From contig JBHLQH010000006.1 in NCBI GenBank assembly GCA_048884965.1, forward strand, positions 64,001 to 128,000: a stretch of DNA of 64,000 bases. The letters run 5' to 3'. Below are positions 56,877 to 64,000 of this stretch, one piece after another. The position numbers and the translations under genes are program-made. Numbering within the stretch: the stretch's first letter is position 1; every line of letters begins with the position of its first letter. The notes under the pieces were generated by a model that did no database searches, was not told the origin of the DNA, and was given only the letters and a program-made list of their open reading frames with translations. This DNA comes from Candidatus Thorarchaeota archaeon. GTDB taxonomy: Archaea > Asgardarchaeota > Thorarchaeia > Thorarchaeales > Thorarchaeaceae.

Positions 56877-58211
56877 TCAGGCAAAATCATGTGTCATCTC
56901 TTGAGCACATGCTATGCCAGACTTTGATGCTGCCTCCATCGAGGCATAATACTTGCCGCAGTTTGCAAAAGAACCAGCAACATATAGTCCTTCGATACCC
57001 GTTCTATTAGTTCTCAACCGCTGATCCATAATTCCTGGTGGTTGTGATAGAACAGATCGCCATATCTTCCAGCTCTTTTTCCAAGTGACCTTCTCTTCTA
57101 TCCCTGGCACGAGTTCCTTAAGCTCCTCCAAGATAGCTGCTGTAGCTTCTTCATTCTCCATCTTCAAGAGTTCCTTATCAATGGATGTTACTGTTAGAAG
57201 GGATTCACCGATTGGTGCCAACACCCCTGAAACGCGTTTCGCCTCAGCAATGATGTGTATCTTCTTTCCAGGAATGAAACCGCCAACATTGAAATCCAAC
57301 ACTCTGGCAGAAAGTCCAAAGTATGCAACTACGGACGGTCTGTAGCTGAATTTTCTAACAGCGGTTGTAAAGTCATTTGGTAGTTGGTTCATATCAACGA
57401 AGTTTGGCAGGAGATCTATCGGTGTCGTTACGACTGCAGCATCGGTTTCGACATAGTGCTCTTTACCATCCTGAGTGTATTCGATTCCCTTGACTTTTTC
57501 ATCTTCGATGACGATCTTTTTCACATCGCAATTGACCTTTGGCTCGATTGCGAAATTCCTTGCCTGGAGCATGAGAGTATATGGAACGCTACCAAGTCCG
57601 CCTCTTTCAGGATACATCGCTTTGAACCCGTCTTCGTATGCGAATCTGAGCTGTTCGGAATAGAGATATTGTCCAGCAGATACCTCTGCGGGGTCCATGA
57701 ATGTAACGGTACGAATGAGCGGGTCGTAGAAATTAGAGAGAATATCCTCAGGTATCTTCTCTTCTGCATATTCAGCAAATGTCATCTTATCGAGATCGAG
57801 AAAATCAGCTTCTGTTCTTTTTAGATTCTCTTTGACAAGATCCCCCAGTTTCTTTCTATCTCCCAGACCTAGGAGATTGAATCGAGCTTGATCGATAATT
57901 GATTGAGTGAGTAAATATCGCTCTCCACCTTTGAGCCATACCGCACCCTCTCCGACCGTAGTCATTCGTACTCCACTCCGTTCAAGGATTGGAATTAATG
58001 ACTTGAAACCTCCAACAAAGAAGTGCAAGCCTTGGTCAAAGACATACCCAGATTCGGTAAAGGATCTGGCTCTGCCACCTACAGTAGATTCCTTCTCAAG
58101 GATCTGGCATCGCGCTTTCAAGCCCTTCAGTTCTAGGGCACAGGAGAAGCCTGCGATACCGGCTCCAACTATTACAACTCTTGTTCCTTTTTTCTCACTC
58201 ATTCGTGACAC
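56877..58211 (-). CDS. FAD-dependent oxidoreductase, amine-oxidase / protoporphyrinogen-oxidase / phytoene-desaturase superfamily
   Basis: IVGAGIAG, LEKESTVGGRARS...GYVFDQGLHFF, GLYVAGS...SMEAA--SG. Confidence 0.85.
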   Translation of the reverse strand: MSRMSEKKGTRVVIVGAGIAGFSCALELKGLKARCQILEKESTVGGRARSFTESGYVFDQGLHFFVGGFKSLIPILERSGVRMTTVGEGAVWLKGGERYLLTQSIIDQARFNLLGLGDRKKLGDLVKENLKRTEADFLDLDKMTFAEYAEEKIPEDILSNFYDPLIRTVTFMDPAEVSAGQYLYSEQLRFAYEDGFKAMYPERGGLGSVPYTLMLQARNFAIEPKVNCDVKKIVIEDEKVKGIEYTQDGKEHYVETDAAVVTTPIDLLPNFVDMNQLPNDFTTAVRKFSYRPSVVAYFGLSARVLDFNVGGFIPGKKIHIIAEAKRVSGVLAPIGESLLTVTSIDKELLKMENEEATAAILEELKELVPGIEEKVTWKKSWKIWRSVLSQPPGIMDQRLRTNRTGIEGLYVAGSFANCGKYYASMEAASKSGIACAQEMTHDFA

Positions 58212-58239
58212 CTCATTCTCAGAATTTCCATTAATCTAT

Positions 58240-59376
58240 TCACTCCTCAACCAATGAAGATTGTGCTAGATCAAGGATCAGCTCATCAAGCTGGATGACC
58301 TCAAGGTCAGTTCCTCGAGCACAATAGCTCAAGTTCTTGAAGCATGAAACACAGGTCGTGATTAGCCCATCAACTCCTAGTTCTACTGCCTCAGCTACTC
58401 TCTTCTTCCCTATAGACTCAGAAAGATCTGGGTCTATAACGCTTACAAAACCCCCGCAGCAATTTGAGTTCTCGCGGTTGTTAGCCATCTCGACAAACTC
58501 AAGACCGGGGATGGCTGTGATAATGTCTCTTGGTGCTTGGTATATCCCAAGGGCCCTGCCAAGGTGGCACGAATCATGGAAGGTATATCTTCCTTCCATA
58601 CCCTTGAAAGTTAGGACACCATTCTTTGCCATGTCTGCAAGGACTTCCACAGTATGATGTATCTTGATATCAAAGTCCTTTATCACATGTGAATAATGTT
58701 CTGCTAACGTTCCAAAACATCCTCCACATCCAGTGATGATATGATCTACACCTGCCTTCTTGAACATTGCGTAATTCTTCTTGATGATGGCTTCGAATCC
58801 TTCATCATCTCCAGCCCAATAGTTCATTAGTCCACAGCAAACCTCACTTGGAACATAGCCCACGTTCACCTTCAGCTTCTTCATCATATCAGCTACCATC
58901 TCTGGCTGGTCTGGATACCAATAAGAGCCCATGCATCCAGAGAAGATAGCGGTATTCGATTCCTCTGGAAGTTCAAGATCCTCTGCCCAAACGGTCCGTT
59001 CCTCAGCCTCGTACCCAACGAATGGTGTGCCTTCCTTTGCTAGCCAATCGAGGACTTTGGTCAATCCTTCAGATCGAACTCCACCGGTGTTTATCATTGC
59101 TGCCTTAGCATCATGCCAATACGTTGTTACTGGAACCCCCGCTGGGCAAACAGCTTCACACCTTCTGCAATCTGCGCAATAGAGTCTTTCAAGAAGCTCC
59201 TGTGGTGGTTTTGTTAGCATCTTCTCACCATAGGCTCTAAGGGCTCGCAGCTTACCCCCGGGGCTATCAAGCTCTGAGCCAAGTTCTCTATACATTGGAC
59301 AAAAGTCTCGGCAATAGTTACAAGAACCACATGCTCTGAGAACATCCATATTCAAATCTACTTTCACTTCTTTCAC
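58240..59376 (-). CDS. HdrD/GlpC-like Fe-S protein (CCG), paralog 4
   Basis: CGSCNYCRDFCP, CADCRRCEAVCP; VCCG/GCGGC; HDSC/NCCG/TCVSC. Confidence 0.92.
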   Translation of the reverse strand: MKEVKVDLNMDVLRACGSCNYCRDFCPMYRELGSELDSPGGKLRALRAYGEKMLTKPPQELLERLYCADCRRCEAVCPAGVPVTTYWHDAKAAMINTGGVRSEGLTKVLDWLAKEGTPFVGYEAEERTVWAEDLELPEESNTAIFSGCMGSYWYPDQPEMVADMMKKLKVNVGYVPSEVCCGLMNYWAGDDEGFEAIIKKNYAMFKKAGVDHIITGCGGCFGTLAEHYSHVIKDFDIKIHHTVEVLADMAKNGVLTFKGMEGRYTFHDSCHLGRALGIYQAPRDIITAIPGLEFVEMANNRENSNCCGGFVSVIDPDLSESIGKKRVAEAVELGVDGLITTCVSCFKNLSYCARGTDLEVIQLDELILDLAQSSLVEE

Positions 59377-60854
59377 CTCGCAAGAAACTTGGCAAGTCTT
59401 CTAAATGCAGTTGCCAAACCAAACAAGACATTGATTCTACCGTATGATGTCATACAAGATGTAATCCTGTCTGGGTTCATGATATTACTTGGATCCATAG
59501 TTCCCTTCGCTTGCTTCATTTGCTCGAATCTATCACGATATGCTTTCTTCATGTATATCGAATTCTGAAGTCCGATGGTGTATGGACCGCCTCCATATTT
59601 GATTGCCCTCTTCATCATTTTATGGAGTATTCCCTTACTCGATATGAACTCGAGATATCTATCTGGATTGAGCATGGTCAAGAGTTCCAAACGCATCATG
59701 GACCCATAACCAAGCATCCCATACCAGAGAAGAGGATTCTTGTGAGTCTTTTTGGTCTTCTCATATGCAGTTAGGATATCAAAGACCCTATCTACCTCGA
59801 CCCAAAGCTCTTGGAACATTAGTGTATGAGTATGCTCCTTTGGATTGAATTCACAATCATATCGGAGTTCCCATTCTTTTGCGGCATAGTCCTCTCCTAC
59901 TGATGCTCCACCGCTAGTTGAGATTATATCAAAGATTTCTGCCACAGGAGCAGTATAAGCATCCTCTGCGTATGTCACTGTCATTACGTATCGTCCTTTT
60001 TCAAGAGGATTGCTATAGCTCTGGAATTTACTATCAGCTATTTTGAGGTACAATGGTTTTGCCTCAAGCTTTGCGATCTGACTCATTGCATTGCATACCT
60101 GTTCAAGATAAGCAAAACCAAAACTCATTGTTCTCAGATTCGCTGGTTTTGGTCTGATTCTCAGCTTGGCTTCTACGATGACGCCAAGTATACCATAGGA
60201 CCCATTGTAGAGACCCAATTCGGGTCCTTGGATAGTCTGCATTCGACCATCGGGTTGAATAACCTTTACTTCTTCTAGGTTCTCCAGAAGCGTGCCATAA
60301 TAGGGTGTTCCTACTCCTGCTTTTCCACCACATCCTATCCACCCACCGATTACTGCAGATTTTGCACTGGTTGGGTAGATACCAAGCTCAAGCCCTTTCT
60401 TGTCAAGCTCAGTTTCGAGTTGCATGAAAGTGACTCCCGGCTCAACGCGGACATACATATCATTGGAGTCGTCAGATATCTCCAAGATGGCATTGAGTCG
60501 CTTCATATCAAGTGAAATGCCACCTCTTGAGGGACTAGAGGAACCAAGACAGCTTGAAGCTCCTCCTCTGGGAATTACTGGTAGCTTGTGTGAGCTAGCA
60601 ATTGCGATGATATCCTTAACTTGATCAATATCGGTTACACGGACGACATAGTCTGCAAGGTATCTTCTCTTCCATCTATAATGAAATTGCGGCAAAGCAG
60701 ATGGGTCGCCGCTGTAGACAATCCTTTCCAGCTCCATATCTGAAGCATTCTTTTCTCCAACGACTCCAACCAGTTTCTTGAGTACATCATCGCCTTCTTG
60801 AATGGCTTCTACCACAACAACTGGTTCATCAGCTTTAGTTTCTGTTTCTGTCAT
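59373..60854 (-). CDS. VAO/PCMH FAD-binding oxidoreductase, paralog 4 (most divergent)
   Basis: PRGGASSCLG, VEPGVT, YPTSAKSAVIGGW, GSYGILGVI, DP-NIMNP; short amphipathic C-terminal tail. Confidence 0.88.
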   Translation of the reverse strand: MTETETKADEPVVVVEAIQEGDDVLKKLVGVVGEKNASDMELERIVYSGDPSALPQFHYRWKRRYLADYVVRVTDIDQVKDIIAIASSHKLPVIPRGGASSCLGSSSPSRGGISLDMKRLNAILEISDDSNDMYVRVEPGVTFMQLETELDKKGLELGIYPTSAKSAVIGGWIGCGGKAGVGTPYYGTLLENLEEVKVIQPDGRMQTIQGPELGLYNGSYGILGVIVEAKLRIRPKPANLRTMSFGFAYLEQVCNAMSQIAKLEAKPLYLKIADSKFQSYSNPLEKGRYVMTVTYAEDAYTAPVAEIFDIISTSGGASVGEDYAAKEWELRYDCEFNPKEHTHTLMFQELWVEVDRVFDILTAYEKTKKTHKNPLLWYGMLGYGSMMRLELLTMLNPDRYLEFISSKGILHKMMKRAIKYGGGPYTIGLQNSIYMKKAYRDRFEQMKQAKGTMDPSNIMNPDRITSCMTSYGRINVLFGLATAFRRLAKFLAR

Positions 60855-60855
60855 G

Positions 60856-62082
60856 TTATCCCATCCTGAAGTATAATCCTAGGTACATCCCTGTAAATCC
60901 AAGAATAGTCCATAATACGACCGCCGGTAGTCCGAGGTTACACGTCTTCCATCCGCCTAGATGAGTAATGAATGCAAGAGTTCCTAGAATCATGCTGATG
61001 ATGCCAAGCCAAATGTGCCATGAATGCACGAACATGATGATGTTACCTGGATTGATAAGGTACTGAATGTCCATTGCAGTGAACACTGATGGGTCCTCGA
61101 AGAAGAGCCAGCATACATTGATCGATGTAAGTATGTAGGCCAATCCTAGCATGATACCATGTGCTCTAGTGTACTTCTCTTCATCATAGTACTCTAATGC
61201 AGTTCCGAGGTAGGCGAGCACAAGTGCTGGAGCTCCTAGTAGCCAACCATAATGAAGCTGTGGTGTTGGTTCTGGTGGAGGTATTGGAATATCTCCCACT
61301 CTGTAATCCAACTCCCAAGACACTGTTTCTTCTCCGGTATCATCACCCGCCACAACTCGATAGATGACATATGTATCATCAGGTTGGCCTGGTATCTCTC
61401 CGGAGTATAGTCCTGCATCAAGAGTCATTGAAACGTTTGTCCATGACGAGCCATTATTTACGGTATATTGTAATCGAACATATGATATCGTTGCAGTTTC
61501 GGAGGTAACATTTACCACTACTAGAACAGGTTCATTATTCAGAGGAATCGAAGGTGTTCCATTAATCATGTTGATCGATGGCCCAGGTCCTGCTGGTAAT
61601 GAAACAGTTACCGTAATGTCTGTATTGATTGAGAGTGGTGTGTGCTGAGCTCCATATACTCGAAGGGTGTATGTCCCTGGAGCGGTAGGAGCAGTGATTG
61701 TGTAATTCACTTCCACTGCATCAGTAGCTGCATTCGTGTCTAATGGATCGCCATCCTCGACTCTTCCCTCCGCGTCCAATGATGCATAATCAAATTGATT
61801 ATTATCAACTAAGGATGATGGGAACTTCACTACGAGGGTGTTCTCTCCGCTTTCTCCTGTTACACTGATTACAACGCTAAATTGTTCTCCTATTTCCACG
61901 GTAACAGAGTTGGGGGATGCTGAGATACTCATTGACCCTGGACTATCATGGCATCCAGAGGCATCGCACGCCCCAGTTTGTCCTGGAAATCCCAAGACGG
62001 TTGTTGACGCTAGGAATAGGACCGCTGTTGCAATCGCGACGATTATTGCAATCCTAAATTGTTTCTTCACATCGGTCACCAA
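60856..62082 (-). CDS. Monoheme-c (CX4CH) / Ig-like ectodomain fused to a His-containing multi-TM domain
   Basis: Signal peptide, CDASGCH, two beta-sandwich domains, Pro-rich linker, then ~4 TM helices with His at LHY, AHG, HSWH and THL. Confidence 0.7.
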   Translation of the reverse strand: MVTDVKKQFRIAIIVAIATAVLFLASTTVLGFPGQTGACDASGCHDSPGSMSISASPNSVTVEIGEQFSVVISVTGESGENTLVVKFPSSLVDNNQFDYASLDAEGRVEDGDPLDTNAATDAVEVNYTITAPTAPGTYTLRVYGAQHTPLSINTDITVTVSLPAGPGPSINMINGTPSIPLNNEPVLVVVNVTSETATISYVRLQYTVNNGSSWTNVSMTLDAGLYSGEIPGQPDDTYVIYRVVAGDDTGEETVSWELDYRVGDIPIPPPEPTPQLHYGWLLGAPALVLAYLGTALEYYDEEKYTRAHGIMLGLAYILTSINVCWLFFEDPSVFTAMDIQYLINPGNIIMFVHSWHIWLGIISMILGTLAFITHLGGWKTCNLGLPAVVLWTILGFTGMYLGLYFRMG

Positions 62083-62170
62083 AGGCGAAGGTTGTGGTTA
62101 CAAGTCGTGAGATTATCGGCCTTAAAATATTACCGATAATAAGCTCAGAAATAAATTTGCACTAGCTAAC

Positions 62171-62196
62171 TTACGTTGAGTAATATTAGCGAGGTT
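62171..62196. promoter_or_regulatory. Candidate operator motifs upstream of the 62082 operon
   Basis: TTAC-N5-GTAA at 62171-62183 and TTAGCGAGGTT at 62186-62196; both also occur in the 25.0-25.2 kb divergent promoter. Confidence 0.35.
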
Positions 62197-62285
62197 AAAA
62201 GGGATTTTTTGTAACTATTCTCAATATTCGCATTCTGTTTAGCAATCTATTGATTGAGGGGTGATAGATAACCAAGCCACATTTT

Positions 62286-63674
62286 TCAGGAATAACACCG
62301 CAATACGTTAGCTAAGGCTCTTCCAGCTCTTTGAGGTTCTGTAAAGACAGGAATTCCTCCATCCTCTAATTCCTTGGCTCCTGGTGGTCTTCGAGTTACC
62401 GGGGAGCTTAGCACACTGACTACAAGCTTGGGATATTTTCTCGCTGTTTCGATAATTGATCGTACTGGCATTCCTCCACCAATACCTTCCAAATAATTTG
62501 GAGCAAAGACAGTCATTATTGCATCAAATTCCTTCTGTTTAGCTATAATTTCGAAGGATTTTGCAAAAATGTCAGGATCTGCCCAACCTTGAGCAAGAAG
62601 ATCTATTGGATTTCTTATTGGAACCTGAACAGGCATCCCAAGCAATCCCTGAATTTGATCTTGAGCCTCTTGTGGAGGTTGTGGAAGATGGATAGAATTC
62701 TCTTCTAAGGTCTGAGCCGCAATCAGAGCTACACCAAGGGTATGTGTGACGATAGCGACACTACGACCGTGTGGTTTTGCCTTAGTCATCGATAGAATCT
62801 TGGCAGTATCCATCATCTCCTCTACACTCTCTACCTCAATCCCTTTTGCTTGCTTTATAGCTCCCGAATAGACTTCAGCTCTTCCAGCTAAACTTCCTGT
62901 ATGACTGTAGGCCGCTTCTCTTGAAACTGGAGTTTTTCCAACCTTAAAGGCTATGACTGGCTTTCTTTGTGTGATTTCTTTGATGGATTCATATAGTTCT
63001 CTGCCACTCTCAATCCCCTCGATGAAAACGCATATGACTTGTGTCTTGTCATCATCCTTGAAGTATCTGAGTAAATCGTGGAATTCTATATTCACTCGAT
63101 TTCCTACACTCACAAACTTGGAGATTCCCACGTTGGTATCTCCAGCAGCATAGAGCATCAGACCGCAAACGCCCCCACTTTGACTAATGATGGAAACTGT
63201 GCCTTTCTTCTGAGCGATTGGTTGCGGAAAGAAAGTAGCGTTCAAGTCAAGGGGGATATTTCCTGCTCCCAAGCAGTTTGGACCAATAACTGCTATGTGA
63301 TTACTATCAGCAATGCGTCGAATTTCATCTTGAGCCGCTTCTCCTGCTTCTCCTAGTTCCTTAAACCCTGCCGCAAAGATGATTGCTGCTCGAATTCCAG
63401 ATGCTGCGCATTCATTCATTGCATCAGAAACAGATGGTCCTCCCACACATATGAGAGCTAAATCAATTACATCCTCTATTGCTGATAAGGAGGGATAACA
63501 TGGTAGTTTTCCTATACTCTTTAATCTCGGGTTTATAGGATAGATTTTGCCATTGAATGAGTCAAGTGCAAGCAAGGCAAGTGCACCAAGTCTATCGGGT
63601 TTGTCTGATGCTCCAATTACTGCAATTGTACTTGGATTAAACAAATGACGAAGCGACTCTCCTTTCCAAGACAA
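62286..63674 (-). CDS. acdA: Acetate/acyl-CoA ligase (ADP-forming) alpha-type subunit
   Basis: LFNPSTIAVIGAS, IGPNCLG, ISQSGG, SVGN, phospho-His motif SHTGSLAG, NPIDL. Confidence 0.88.
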   Translation of the reverse strand: MSWKGESLRHLFNPSTIAVIGASDKPDRLGALALLALDSFNGKIYPINPRLKSIGKLPCYPSLSAIEDVIDLALICVGGPSVSDAMNECAASGIRAAIIFAAGFKELGEAGEAAQDEIRRIADSNHIAVIGPNCLGAGNIPLDLNATFFPQPIAQKKGTVSIISQSGGVCGLMLYAAGDTNVGISKFVSVGNRVNIEFHDLLRYFKDDDKTQVICVFIEGIESGRELYESIKEITQRKPVIAFKVGKTPVSREAAYSHTGSLAGRAEVYSGAIKQAKGIEVESVEEMMDTAKILSMTKAKPHGRSVAIVTHTLGVALIAAQTLEENSIHLPQPPQEAQDQIQGLLGMPVQVPIRNPIDLLAQGWADPDIFAKSFEIIAKQKEFDAIMTVFAPNYLEGIGGGMPVRSIIETARKYPKLVVSVLSSPVTRRPPGAKELEDGGIPVFTEPQRAGRALANVLRCYS

Positions 63675-63735
63675 TAGCTATACCTCACTCCTAGAAATGA
63701 GAGCCGCAGAATATGATTGTATCGAACAGATACCA

Positions 63736-63999
63736 TCATTCTATGTAGGACGTCTTACTAGCAAGACTTCTCAGGATTTCCTCTGCCTTATCACGAATCT
63801 TAGCTATTCTCTCACCATCGATATGTCCCTTGTAATAATTCAGTGTGATAGTTAGCTTGTTTCCTGCTGTCGCAACGCCCAGAACTAACTCCATCTTCAG
63901 TCCGGATGATGGTGTGAAGAATACTCTCTCGACTTGTAGCTCCGACTCGCCATCAGGTATTCCTAACACGCCAAGGTTCGTACTTATCAGATCTGGAAA
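63736..63999 (-). CDS. C-terminal fragment of a condensation/alcohol-acyltransferase-like protein (runs off the window)
   Basis: Frame is open to the window edge (FPDLISTNLGVLG...). STNLG and LGVAT-GNKLTITLNY resemble the C-terminus of PapA5/AATase-type acyltransferases. Confidence 0.5.
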   Translation of the reverse strand, partial: FPDLISTNLGVLGIPDGESELQVERVFFTPSSGLKMELVLGVATAGNKLTITLNYYKGHIDGERIAKIRDKAEEILRSLASKTSYIE

Positions 64000-64000
64000 G

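Noticed and set aside
23744-59376. Selenocysteine recoding in the Fe-S proteins
   Set aside because: All Cys motifs are complete within open frames; no in-frame TGA is needed. The nearby hairpins look like terminators rather than SECIS elements.
25195-60854. Naming the FAD proteins glcD/dld and the CCG proteins hdrD
   Set aside because: The catalytic His motifs of D-2-hydroxyacid dehydrogenases are absent and there is no HdrE or methanogenesis context, so only fold-level calls are supportable.
2275-63356. Numerous 60-180 aa ORFs antisense or out of frame within long genes
   Set aside because: Shadow ORFs of well-supported genes, with no independent motifs.
1-64000. CRISPR arrays, IS elements, integrases, rRNA/tRNA
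   Set aside because: No regularly spaced repeats, transposase/integrase motifs or structural RNA signatures seen. The short repeats present are coding (TV stalk, Thr stalk, His loop).

Overview
A gene-dense archaeal chromosomal segment, most likely from an Asgard archaeon (Thorarchaeia-like; inferred from gene content and protein style, not from a marker gene). I found no rRNA, tRNA, CRISPR array or mobile element. The left ~17 kb is mixed housekeeping: a surface protein, mutL, an amidohydrolase, transaldolase, rpe, an ABC exporter, a RACo/MtrH-like pair and mutS. The remaining ~45 kb (17.3-62.1 kb) reads as one respiratory island with five parts. (1) A menaquinone side-chain kit: GGR/MenJ-like reductase, long-chain prenyl synthase and MenA. 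(2) A complex-I-like enzyme with no NuoEFG/FpoF input module in the window, whose only NuoB is fused behind a VAO/PCMH-type FAD oxidoreductase. It has four antiporter-like subunits (M', L, M, N), a NuoL transverse helix lengthened by a 26-aa repeat, and altered quinone-site residues. (3) A membrane-anchored multiheme cytochrome c with non-canonical CxxCM and CX6CH motifs. (4) A Cys-type System I Ccm set, including an unannotated CcmD-like ORF. (5) Three further paralogous FAD-oxidoreductase/HdrD-like (CCG) pairs, in operons headed by monoheme-cytochrome-c plus His-bearing membrane modules. The best candidate for an undescribed system is this '2M' complex I wired to a flavoprotein/CCG input module. 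All functional calls come from reading motifs by eye; no database search was run.
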